In this document: in pieces, positions 18,908 through 27,903 of the stretch | How the letters are laid out: each line of letters opens with the position of its first letter | How positions within the stretch are numbered: position 1 is the first letter of the stretch | Source of the DNA: Chitinophagaceae bacterium | GTDB taxonomy: Bacteria; Bacteroidota; Bacteroidia; Chitinophagales; Chitinophagaceae | DNA: 64,000 nt | Direction: 5' to 3' | Assembly: GCA_947457465.1 (NCBI GenBank) | Contig: CANGWB010000005.1 | Location: 11,829-75,828, forward strand | Notes under the pieces: generated by a model | Told to the model about the DNA's origin: nothing | Databases searched by the model: none | What the model saw: the letters and a program-made list of their open reading frames with translations, nothing else | Made by a program: the position numbers and the translations under genes

Positions 18908-20497
18908 ATGAAAAAGACGCTCTTCACCCTGACGCTGTTCCTGCTGGGATATGCCTTGAAAGCCCAGGTTCCAGTATTGAATAGCTATCCCTCTGCCAGT
19001 GCGGTGATTTTTCTTGACTTTGACGGTCATGCCGTAGATGGTACCGGCTGGAATTATAACGGACCCATCTTTTGTGCGCCATCTGGAATGGACAACACAA
19101 AGATCACAAGCGCGTTTAACCGGGTAGCGGAAGATTATCGTCCCTTTAACGTGAACATCACAACAGACTCCACCAAATTCCTGGCAGCACCCATCAACCG
19201 CCGTATGCGTGTAGTCATTACAGTTACCTCCAGCTGGTACGGTAATGCGGGCGGGGTCGCCTTCGTCGGCTCTTACACGTGGGGAGATGACACACCTTGT
19301 TTTGTCTTCTCTGCCCTGCTGAATTACAATGAAAAATATGTGGGGGAAGCAGCTTCTCATGAAGCCGGACATACATTAGGACTTTACCACCAGTCTTCTT
19401 ATGATGGAAACTGCGTTAAGACATCCGACTATAATGGCGGTTTGGGAACCGGCGAGATCGCCTGGGCCCCCATCATGGGTGTTGGCTATTACAAGAATAT
19501 GTCCCTCTGGCATAATGGTGCAAACCCATATGGCTGTAACAGTATCCAAAACGACCTGACTGTTATCACCACCAATAACGGATTCACCTTCCGTACTGAT
19601 GACTACGCTAGCAGCATCACTCAAGCGAACAGCTTGTCCTTCACCAACAACCAGTTTGTTATTAGCGGTGTAGTAGAGACTACTACTGACGTCGACTTTA
19701 TTCGGTTCAACATGCCCGTCAATGCTCGTTTTCTACTCGATGCCATTCCATACAATGTGGGCACAGGTAATTCCGGATCTAATGTAGACCTGCAAGTATC
19801 CCTCTACGATAGTCGTAGAAACCTGGTGCGGACTTACAATCCCGGTACGCTACTCAACTCCGTAATCGATACAACCCTGACCAATGGTACGTGGTTTCTG
19901 ATGGTTGAAGGAAAAGGCAATGCATTTGCTCCGGATTATGCCAGCTTGGGTTCCTATTCCCTCAGTGCCAGATTTTCTGTGGGCGGCGTATTACCGCTCC
20001 GTCAACTGGTATTGAAAGGACAGGTCAGTGGTGACCGTCACCAATTCACCTGGCTGATCGATGCAGATGAAGCGGTAACCGAGCAAATTCTTGAAGTCTC
20101 TGTAGACGGCCGCAACTTCACACCTGTTTCCGGCACTCCGGTAGACAGTCGGGCCTACCAATACAAACCCTTCGCCCAAGGCATGTTGCAATACCGAATG
20201 AAGGTGAGCTTTGACAATGGCGAGACCCACTATTCTAATCTGATCGCCCTGAAGAATGAGGCCGGTAACGACCAGCCCAAACTCATCAGTACCATTCTGA
20301 CAGGCAATAACATAACTGTGAGCAGCCCGGGTACATTCGACTATGCTCTGTATGACTTGAACGGAAAGATCTTGCTTCGTGGCCAACTCAGCACCGGAAT
20401 GAACAGTCTCCCTGCCGGCAACCTGAACAGCGGCATGTACATGATCCGCTTCAGCAAAGGAGCCGCTCAATGGACTGAAAAACTTATTCACCAATAA
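18908..20497 (+). CDS. Metzincin zinc metalloprotease (reprolysin-like) with type A T9SS C-terminal domain
   Basis: Signal peptide, IFLDFDGH, HEAGHTLGLYH (HExxHxxGxxH), Met-turn PIMG, PPC-like middle domain, terminal LYDLNGKI...GMYMIRF...KLIHQ. Confidence 0.9.
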   Translation: MKKTLFTLTLFLLGYALKAQVPVLNSYPSASAVIFLDFDGHAVDGTGWNYNGPIFCAPSGMDNTKITSAFNRVAEDYRPFNVNITTDSTKFLAAPINRRMRVVITVTSSWYGNAGGVAFVGSYTWGDDTPCFVFSALLNYNEKYVGEAASHEAGHTLGLYHQSSYDGNCVKTSDYNGGLGTGEIAWAPIMGVGYYKNMSLWHNGANPYGCNSIQNDLTVITTNNGFTFRTDDYASSITQANSLSFTNNQFVISGVVETTTDVDFIRFNMPVNARFLLDAIPYNVGTGNSGSNVDLQVSLYDSRRNLVRTYNPGTLLNSVIDTTLTNGTWFLMVEGKGNAFAPDYASLGSYSLSARFSVGGVLPLRQLVLKGQVSGDRHQFTWLIDADEAVTEQILEVSVDGRNFTPVSGTPVDSRAYQYKPFAQGMLQYRMKVSFDNGETHYSNLIALKNEAGNDQPKLISTILTGNNITVSSPGTFDYALYDLNGKILLRGQLSTGMNSLPAGNLNSGMYMIRFSKGAAQWTEKLIHQ

Positions 20498-20543
20498 TTA
20501 TTTTCTCTGCTCCGAATGGAGCGTTAATCCGTGCCCTTTACTC

Positions 20544-20578
20544 AAGAGGTTTCCTTAACTTAGGGAAACCTCTTTTTT
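20544..20578 (+). terminator. Intrinsic terminator after the metzincin gene, abutting the next start codon
   Basis: AAGAGGTTTCCT-TAACTT-AGGGAAACCTCTT then TTTT; the next ATG is at 20579. Confidence 0.75.
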
Positions 20579-21052
20579 ATGTTGTGGCGAACATTCAATG
20601 GCGAGCCCCTTGATAAACCCATTTACGAAGCGGTTGAAAATACCCTTCGACGGGAAACGGATGCCGGATATAAACTGAAAGTTTGTATCGGAACCGATTC
20701 ACAGGTAAAGGGATCCGAAACGGAATATGCCACAGTGATCGTCTTCCTCCGATCAGGTAGAGGGGGTTTCATGTATATCCACAACGAAAGATCTAACCAC
20801 GCTCTCGGCATCAAGGAACGGATGTTGACAGAAGTAGCGAAGAGCATCGACATCGCCTATCAATTATGCCCTTTGTTCAATACCTACCAGGTCGATATGG
20901 AGGTGCACGCCGATATCAATACCAACCCCCAATTCAAAAGCAATGATGCCTTGCGGGAAGCCATGGGCTATATCATGGGAATGGGATTTGCGTTCAAAGC
21001 AAAACCAGAGGCATTTGCCAGCAGCAGTTGTGCTAACAAAGCAGTGAACTGA
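20579..21052 (+). CDS. Ribonuclease H-like YkuK (DUF458) family protein
   Basis: VCIGTDSQ...ATVIVF...RMLTEVAKSI...EVHADIN...MGYIMGMGF...KPEAFASSSCA. Confidence 0.85.
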   Translation: MLWRTFNGEPLDKPIYEAVENTLRRETDAGYKLKVCIGTDSQVKGSETEYATVIVFLRSGRGGFMYIHNERSNHALGIKERMLTEVAKSIDIAYQLCPLFNTYQVDMEVHADINTNPQFKSNDALREAMGYIMGMGFAFKAKPEAFASSSCANKAVN

Positions 21053-21060
21053 TCCGCGAA

Positions 21061-21360
21061 CTATTTTTCGTGCTGACGAAGCCAGGCTCTTCTTCCGGCC
21101 CAAACGATCAAGGTGACCATACCCAGGATCAACAGGATCAACCCGGTCTTTTCAGTGGGTTCAGGTTCACGAAGGTCCTGTTTGGCAGGCCCGACGGCAG
21201 CCACACTGTCTTTGAATTTGATAAGCTTGGTGACATCCGAATCAGCCCCTAGTACAGCCTGAGTGGTATCAAGACGTTTGCCCTTGAAACGGGGTTGAGC
21301 TGAAACTGTACAGAGAAGTACAGAAAGGATAAGGGTTAAAATGACAGAAAAACGAAACAT
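21061..21360 (-). CDS. Small hypothetical membrane-anchored protein
   Basis: 99 aa; N-terminal signal peptide, C-terminal TM (LILLILGMVTLIVWAG) followed by a basic tail. Confidence 0.65.
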   Translation of the reverse strand: MFRFSVILTLILSVLLCTVSAQPRFKGKRLDTTQAVLGADSDVTKLIKFKDSVAAVGPAKQDLREPEPTEKTGLILLILGMVTLIVWAGRRAWLRQHEK

Positions 21361-21363
21361 AGT

Positions 21364-21522
21364 TCATCGATTGAGATAGACCTGTTGGGAACAGGATTGT
21401 ATCATTCGAGCTCGGAGCGACTGCTCATAAGGACCGGTCACAGATTGCGCTCTCCAGAATAAGAGGATCAGGAGCAGATAAGTTAGAAGCAAGTTCCTGC
21501 TTTCACTGTTTTTGATCCGCAT
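21364..21522 (-). CDS. Small hypothetical membrane peptide (52 aa, below the ORF-track cut-off)
   Basis: MRIKNSESRNLLLTYLLLILLFWRAQSVTGPYEQSLRARMIQSCSQQVYLNR*; TACCTTCG box 4 nt upstream of the ATG; stop 3 nt before the next gene. Confidence 0.5.
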   Translation of the reverse strand: MRIKNSESRNLLLTYLLLILLFWRAQSVTGPYEQSLRARMIQSCSQQVYLNR

Positions 21523-21576
21523 GAAACGAAGGTAATGCACCGATCCGAAAGTTCAGGTTTACACAAATGATGTTGA

Positions 21577-22194
21577 TCAGCGGGCCGGATAATCTTGCTT
21601 GAATGCCATTACATGGGCCAGTAATTCTTCTCTACCGCTTCGATCGACGGCGGAAGTGATCACATGTGGGGGCGGCTCCTCCCAGGTTGTTGCGAGCGCT
21701 GCTAAAAACTCATCCCGATGCCGAAGCGTGGCACCCGGCTTATTCTTATCTGCTTTCGTGAATACCAGCACAAAAGGAACACCCCAATTACCTAGCGCAT
21801 TGATAAAATCCACATCAATGGTTTGTGGTGTATGCCGGCTGTCGATCAGAACAAACAAACACAGAAGATTTTCCCGCTTCCGGATGTAGGACTCGATCAT
21901 GTTGCCCCAATTACGACGAGCCTTTTGAGAAACAGAGGCATAACCATAACCCGGTAGATCGACCAAGTACCAATTTTTCTTATCGGAGGAAGTGACTGTA
22001 AAATGATTGATGAGTTGGGTTTTGCCGGGGCGTGCAGAGGTCTTTGCCAGTCCGTGTTGCCGGGTGAGCATATTGATCAGGGAGGACTTCCCCACATTGC
22101 TTCGGCCGATGAAAGCGAATTCGGGCCGATCGGCGGCAGGACACTGTTTGTGCGTGGCACTACTGATCAGATATTGGGCTCGTATGATCTCCAT
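21577..22194 (-). CDS. engB: Ribosome biogenesis GTP-binding protein YihA/YsxC
   Basis: GRSNVGKSSLIN, PGKTQLIN, DLPGYG, TKADK motifs. Start moved to ATG 22194. Confidence 0.96.
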   Translation of the reverse strand: MEIIRAQYLISSATHKQCPAADRPEFAFIGRSNVGKSSLINMLTRQHGLAKTSARPGKTQLINHFTVTSSDKKNWYLVDLPGYGYASVSQKARRNWGNMIESYIRKRENLLCLFVLIDSRHTPQTIDVDFINALGNWGVPFVLVFTKADKNKPGATLRHRDEFLAALATTWEEPPPHVITSAVDRSGREELLAHVMAFKQDYPAR

Positions 22195-22230
22195 TCGCTC
22201 AAAGGTCGGCAAATGTTACCTTTGCGACGC

Positions 22231-22983
22231 ATGAATCATCCCCTGCCGCACGATAACGTTGTTCCTGACCGGAATTCAGCTGAAACCAAAAAGGAGCAAG
22301 TGGCCCGCATGTTCGACCAGATCGCGCCCCGGTATGATCTGCTTAATCGATTTTTATCTGCCCGGATCGATCTGCACTGGAGAAAAGATGCGCTCCGGGA
22401 GATGATTCCCCATGCCCCCAAACGTATACTGGATGTAGCCACCGGAACAGCCGACTTGGCCCTGCTGGCCGAAAAAATTCTGCACCCCGACTCCATCATT
22501 GGTATCGATATCTCTCCCCAGATGCTGAGTGTTGGCCGTGACAAGATCGAAAAGGTAAAAAAGTCAAGCAGCATCCTGCTTGAATCCGGCGATGCAGAAG
22601 CAATAAATCATCCCGACGGATCGTTTGATCTGGTGATGGTAGCGTATGGCATCCGAAATTTTCAAGACCTCACTACCGGTCTAAAAGAAATGTTCCGCGT
22701 TCTTCGTCCCGGCGGTAAACTACTGATCCTGGAGTTTTCCCGTCCGAAAAACCCAATCTGGCGAAGCCTCTATCAATTTTACATGAAGCAGTATGTCCCA
22801 ACCGTAGCCAGCTGGATGGGGCAAGACAAAAAAGCATACTCATATCTGGATGAATCAGCACGTTTATTTCCGGAACGCACCGAACTGGTAAATATCCTCG
22901 AAACGGCCGGCTATAGTGATTGTACCTACAAAACCTATACCGGTGGCATATGCTCCCGATATATAGCTACACGCCCCCTATGA
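22231..22983 (+). CDS. menG: Demethylmenaquinone methyltransferase (UbiE/MenG)
   Basis: KKEQVARMFDQIAPRYDLLN, LDVATGTAD, GIDIS..ML, YGIRNF, LRPGG...LEFS, Y.YL.ES. Start moved to ATG 22231. Confidence 0.93.
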   Translation: MNHPLPHDNVVPDRNSAETKKEQVARMFDQIAPRYDLLNRFLSARIDLHWRKDALREMIPHAPKRILDVATGTADLALLAEKILHPDSIIGIDISPQMLSVGRDKIEKVKKSSSILLESGDAEAINHPDGSFDLVMVAYGIRNFQDLTTGLKEMFRVLRPGGKLLILEFSRPKNPIWRSLYQFYMKQYVPTVASWMGQDKKAYSYLDESARLFPERTELVNILETAGYSDCTYKTYTGGICSRYIATRPL

Positions 22984-23699
22984 TACGATTCCTATTCATA
23001 TTGCTGCTAGCTTCCGCCTCATTGGCTCCAACGAAACTTTCTGCTCAGATCGACCGAGTAGAGATGAATCTTTTTGACCATGACAGTAAACCCTATTATT
23101 TCGGTATCACACTGGGTGCAAACCTGGCTCGCTTTCACACCTCCCTACATCCACGCTTTCTTCAGTACGACAGCATAATGGTGGCAGAACCGCTGAACAG
23201 TGGCGGACTGACACTTGGACTTTCTGCCACCGCACGTCTATCCAATCGATTTCAATTGCGCTTCAATCCACAACTGATGTTCATCGAACGAAATATTTTC
23301 TACAAACTGAAACAACCTGATATCAACGGATTAACAGACATCAAAAAAACGGTCGAGTCCGTAATCATGTCCTTCCCGATTCAAGTCAAATTTCAAAGTG
23401 ACCGGATCGGCAATTTTCGTGTTTATACACTAGCCGGATTCAAAGGGGATATCGACATGGCGAGTAACGCGCGGGCTAAGCGAGCTGAGGAGCTGGTTAA
23501 AATAGAAAAACATGATTTCGGTCCGGAGTTCGGCATCGGATTCAACTTCTTCTTTGAAAGTTTCATCTTTTCGCCGGAGATCAAGATCAGTAATGGACTC
23601 CGCAACATCCATGCCCGAGACGAAAACCTGAAATTCTCTAATGTATTCGACCGGATCCAATCTCGCATGATCGTATTCAGCATTCACCTCGAGGGATGA
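22980..23699 (+). CDS. porT: T9SS outer membrane beta-barrel PorT/SprT
   Basis: Signal peptide; HD.KPYYFG..LG, LRFNP, PIQVKFQSDRIGNFRVY, GIGFNFFFE..IFSPEIK...; ATGA-coupled to ubiE/menG, the usual Bacteroidota position. Confidence 0.82.
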   Translation: MIRFLFILLLASASLAPTKLSAQIDRVEMNLFDHDSKPYYFGITLGANLARFHTSLHPRFLQYDSIMVAEPLNSGGLTLGLSATARLSNRFQLRFNPQLMFIERNIFYKLKQPDINGLTDIKKTVESVIMSFPIQVKFQSDRIGNFRVYTLAGFKGDIDMASNARAKRAEELVKIEKHDFGPEFGIGFNFFFESFIFSPEIKISNGLRNIHARDENLKFSNVFDRIQSRMIVFSIHLEG

Positions 23700-23714
23700 T
23701 GAAAAACTTGTTTC

Positions 23715-24791
23715 ATGCAAGTGCCTAAAAATGGAACAATTGCATCCCTAACCGGTTTTCGCTGGCTGGCGGCATCGCTCGTTTTCGTATATCACAACCG
23801 CAAATATTGGAGGGACCAACTCCCTGACCAGATCGATCATTTATTCAGCGAATTTCACATTGGCGTATCACTTTTCTTTATACTGAGCGGCTACCTGATT
23901 ACCATGAGCTATGGCACAAAGCCGCTAAATTCGAAAAAAGAATACATAAAATATACAGCCCAGCGAATAGCAAGAATCTACCCCATGTACTGGCTCATCT
24001 TGCTGGCATATACGATCGACCCTGCCTATGGTGCCGGGCAATGGAATCTACTGCTATTTACCCTGGGACATGGATTTTCAAATCAATTGAATCTGAATGG
24101 AATCTCACAAGCCTGGTCTCTGACTGTTGAAATAAGTTATTATTTGATCGCACCACTCATCACCAAAATGATGGTTGCTAACGGACGTTATATCCTACTT
24201 CTCCTACCAACAACTTGCGCTTGCCTGTTCTTAACAGGCTATTTCTGGAATATCACAAATGGCAACCCGCAATCTTTTTTATCGCCACTGCTTTTCGTAC
24301 TTAACGGAACCATCGGAGGCCAATTATTATTTTTTGTCGCCGGCGCATCCCTAATTTTATTCCCAAACCACCCCTTGTTTGTCAAAGGTTTGACTCATAA
24401 AACATGGCTGGGAACACTTGGCGTAATCTGCACAATGGCCCTATCCAGTATCTTTCATCAGACCCCATACGATCAAGCAAATCAATACCTATCCGGAACG
24501 CTTTTTCAATTGTTATTGATATCATTTTTTGGCAGATGCTGGATTCAGGGCCTGACCGAAGAGCACACCATCCAAAGTAAAATATTCAGTTCTCCCGCCT
24601 TTGTCCTTCTAGGAAATGCATCCTTCATTTTCTATCTGATCCACATATCTTATGTAAACCAGAAGATCAAAGAGTATATTCTATTGCCCGACCGAAACTA
24701 CATTCTTTTGTGGCTAGCATCTTGCCTATTGTATATCCTGATCGAAAAACCGTTATATAGTTTTTGCAGGAGACTGATAACCAAATGGTGA
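23715..24791 (+). CDS. Acyltransferase family 3 (OafA-like membrane O-acyltransferase)
   Basis: LTGFRWLAA..V.VYH, GVSLFFILSGYLI, R.ARIYP, AWSLTVEISYY, LGNASFIFYLIH, LIEKP. Confidence 0.9.
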   Translation: MQVPKNGTIASLTGFRWLAASLVFVYHNRKYWRDQLPDQIDHLFSEFHIGVSLFFILSGYLITMSYGTKPLNSKKEYIKYTAQRIARIYPMYWLILLAYTIDPAYGAGQWNLLLFTLGHGFSNQLNLNGISQAWSLTVEISYYLIAPLITKMMVANGRYILLLLPTTCACLFLTGYFWNITNGNPQSFLSPLLFVLNGTIGGQLLFFVAGASLILFPNHPLFVKGLTHKTWLGTLGVICTMALSSIFHQTPYDQANQYLSGTLFQLLLISFFGRCWIQGLTEEHTIQSKIFSSPAFVLLGNASFIFYLIHISYVNQKIKEYILLPDRNYILLWLASCLLYILIEKPLYSFCRRLITKW

Positions 24792-24796
24792 CCTGA

Positions 24797-26479
24797 TCAG
24801 TAATCGATCTCTCTTCTCATCCGATTCCAACGTAGGCCTACACTGAACCAATTTGTCCGACGATCGATGATTGGGCTCGTCAAGGATCGTTCATTCCAAA
24901 AACCAGCCTGCATCTCCAAATAGAGATTTCTAACCCACTCGTAGGTGATCAGCAAGGACGAATACAGAACACGTGTATCTCTTCCCGACCCGATCGTATA
25001 ACCGTAATCCCCCATTCGGTACGGCGGAACATTAGGTAAAAAAATATTAGAACCAAAACTTCTTGCGGTGCTGTCGCGGCCCTGACGGTAAGCAATCGCT
25101 TTTGCCTCCATACGCAAACGAGGTAAGGGCTGATAACGTAGAATACCGATGAACTCAGAAAAATTCGCACCCAAAGGATGCGCGAGTGGCTGGTTATAAT
25201 GGGTGTAATTGGCCACTGAATCACGATGAGAATAGGTGAACGGACGAACCCAGTTATATTCCAACTGCAGATCCAAATTCTTAACTGCACCCACATTCAT
25301 ATAATGTGCTCCCACCTGATAGCCCCATTTATTCGCCCACCACTGGTTGCCGTTACGGATCTCTGACAGATTGAATTCATCCAATAGTAATTGACCATAC
25401 AATTGAACAGATTTATGAGGTTGAATCTTCCAGTCCAATCCGGCCAGTGAATTATCCATACTCCCGTTCTGATGCTCGACGGAGCGATAGAAGATCACTG
25501 GATTTAGATAAGAAAAATCAAAACGATTGGGCCTTCCGAATATCACGCCTTCAAAAAATCCCAACTGCAGCCACCGAGTCACTTGTAGGTCGAGGTGATG
25601 CATCGCTACGTATTTCTTACCGATCAATCGATCGCCTACCCGGTCATCGGCTTGCTGCAATTCCATGAAGAGATTCCGATAATTGAATTTCCAGATCCGT
25701 GTATTGAATCGAAGAAATGTATAGCTGTTTCCCCAATCACTGAGAAACAAACTCCGGTGTCCGTTTCCGATGAAATGACGATCATATCCGAAGGCCACCT
25801 CCACATATTTAGTGGCAGGAAAGGTGACATAGGCACGAGCATCAAAATAATCATACCCGGCACCCTTGAAATTTTTATAGAAGCCTTGATTCGGTAATGC
25901 TTTTCGGCTCCTCTCCCAATCTCTTGCATAGACCGGAAGTCGTTCCTGGTTTTCTGTCAGGTAGGTATGAAATCCGATCTTCCCGGCGATTCGTCCATCC
26001 ACCACTACACCCCTGGTGTTCTCAAACAGTCGGTCGCTGCTGCCACCTTCCTTCCCCGCTGTCAGGCCCAATACCGGATTCACGATCAGATCAAAATCAG
26101 TCGAATGTACTTCATACAAGTTAGCGGGATTGTTGAAGAAAGGTCCCCATCTCCGCCGAGGCATTACGATCACATCCAATGTATCGACCGAATCTGAAGT
26201 GGGCTTAGATAATTGACCCGATGAGATTGCCTGTTCGTTCCATCGATCTGCTTTAGATCCATTGGGGATGGATGTCATCCAGGTAGCCGAACGGGCAGCC
26301 GGCCAGGTTTTACTGAATGCCTGCTTACCCGTATTAGGTGTCGTGAGTATCTCCATCCGACGGACCGTATGATTGATCGGATCACCCGGCATCCAGTAGG
26401 TTTGCTGCGCACTTCCGACAAGGAATGTCAACAGGAAGAGGATACTCAGCAAACATTTTATAATTTTCGGTAGATTCAT
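24797..26479 (-). CDS. Outer membrane protein of the RemB / capsule-assembly Wzi-like family
   Basis: Signal peptide; ENTRG, YDYFDA, FIGNGHRSLFLSD, LNPVIFYR, EYNWVRPFTYSH, Y.HYNQPLAHPLGANF. Start moved to ATG 26479. Confidence 0.65.
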   Translation of the reverse strand: MNLPKIIKCLLSILFLLTFLVGSAQQTYWMPGDPINHTVRRMEILTTPNTGKQAFSKTWPAARSATWMTSIPNGSKADRWNEQAISSGQLSKPTSDSVDTLDVIVMPRRRWGPFFNNPANLYEVHSTDFDLIVNPVLGLTAGKEGGSSDRLFENTRGVVVDGRIAGKIGFHTYLTENQERLPVYARDWERSRKALPNQGFYKNFKGAGYDYFDARAYVTFPATKYVEVAFGYDRHFIGNGHRSLFLSDWGNSYTFLRFNTRIWKFNYRNLFMELQQADDRVGDRLIGKKYVAMHHLDLQVTRWLQLGFFEGVIFGRPNRFDFSYLNPVIFYRSVEHQNGSMDNSLAGLDWKIQPHKSVQLYGQLLLDEFNLSEIRNGNQWWANKWGYQVGAHYMNVGAVKNLDLQLEYNWVRPFTYSHRDSVANYTHYNQPLAHPLGANFSEFIGILRYQPLPRLRMEAKAIAYRQGRDSTARSFGSNIFLPNVPPYRMGDYGYTIGSGRDTRVLYSSLLITYEWVRNLYLEMQAGFWNERSLTSPIIDRRTNWFSVGLRWNRMRREIDY

Positions 26480-26568
26480 AGAATCAATTGAGACAGAAAT
26501 GAATATTGCTGCTATCAACAGCTGAACGAAGGTAAGATTCAAGCCAGAATTCATAGCCCACGCCGATC

Positions 26569-27903
26569 ATGCACGTAGACCCGATCACCCGAGCCGACCT
26601 GAATCTCTTCCACGCAGAGGACAAACTTTCCGTATTCCATCGGCTCAATTTCACAACAACTGATGGGGGTCGGGAAGAATTACGACAACTCTTTGAGAAA
26701 CCACTGAACGAGATAAATAAGATTCGATCCCGACAGGAACTGCTTCGACAGATCGGTGCCAGACTAAACGAATGGCCTACGCAGATCACCAACGGCACCC
26801 TGCATGCCGTGGAGAAATGGTTGGAGTACCCCCTCGATCCGATAGCTGAATCCATCAGTGCTCCAGGCAATCTGTTATATAGATGGTTGCACCCGGCCGA
26901 CCATTCTATGATCCGATACAGCTTACCACACATGCTGGATCTATATCAAGGTTGTTGCCAAATCGTCCGGTGCTTTCGGGATGTTGAACTGAATGGGCCC
27001 CTCCAATATGAACTCCATCGCCTACAACAACTCTTGGAGCAAACGGGATTACAACGTTTATCGGCTGATAAAAAAAGTATTCCCCACTCCTACCTCAGCT
27101 CACTTCAGTTGGCTCGGATCACCCGAGTGGAATACAGATCGGAAATGATCGAACTAGTGAATCTGTTTTACCTCTTCGATGCCTGGCACGCAATGGCCAT
27201 GGCCACTTTAGAACTGAAAATGACATTCCCGGTTTTTTTGAAATCTGACAAACCCTTCATCCGAACCACACAACTTACCCATATCCAATTAGAACATCCG
27301 ATCGGATATGACTTACTGTTGGATACTGACCATCGTCTGCTGTTCCTGACGGGCGCCAATATGGCCGGAAAAAGTACGCTCATCAAATCCATCGGGATCG
27401 CGGTGTACTTAGCGCATCTTGGCATGGGCGTACCCGCACAACAAATGGAACTGAGTGTATTCGAGGGTATGCTCAGCAATGTAACCGTTACCGACAATGT
27501 CGTTAAGGGGGAAAGCTATTTTTTCAATGAAGTCCAACGCATCAAGCAAACGATCACACACATGATGGATGGAAGAAAATGGCTGGTATTGATCGATGAA
27601 CTTTTCAAAGGAACCAATGTGGAGGATGCCCGCCGTTGTTCGCTGGCCGTGATCAAAGGAATCGCTCAGTTGCCACAAGCTATCACACTACTGTCTACTC
27701 ATTTATACGAGATCGGTGATTCATTGAAAGATGAACCCCGCATCTTATATCGTTACTTTGAAACAGATGTCCGACCCGATACCTTACATTTTTCCTATCA
27801 ACTCAAAGAGGGAATCAGTCAGGATCGTATCGGCTACCGCATACTGGAACGTGAAGGCGTGGCAGCACTCCTGGAGAAAATTCAACGAAAAAAAGATTTA
27901 TGA
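26569..27903 (+). CDS. MutS-related ATPase (domains III/V only)
   Basis: TGANMAGKST Walker A, LIDELFKGTN Walker B, STHL; no N-terminal mismatch-recognition domain. Confidence 0.88.
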   Translation: MHVDPITRADLNLFHAEDKLSVFHRLNFTTTDGGREELRQLFEKPLNEINKIRSRQELLRQIGARLNEWPTQITNGTLHAVEKWLEYPLDPIAESISAPGNLLYRWLHPADHSMIRYSLPHMLDLYQGCCQIVRCFRDVELNGPLQYELHRLQQLLEQTGLQRLSADKKSIPHSYLSSLQLARITRVEYRSEMIELVNLFYLFDAWHAMAMATLELKMTFPVFLKSDKPFIRTTQLTHIQLEHPIGYDLLLDTDHRLLFLTGANMAGKSTLIKSIGIAVYLAHLGMGVPAQQMELSVFEGMLSNVTVTDNVVKGESYFFNEVQRIKQTITHMMDGRKWLVLIDELFKGTNVEDARRCSLAVIKGIAQLPQAITLLSTHLYEIGDSLKDEPRILYRYFETDVRPDTLHFSYQLKEGISQDRIGYRILEREGVAALLEKIQRKKDL

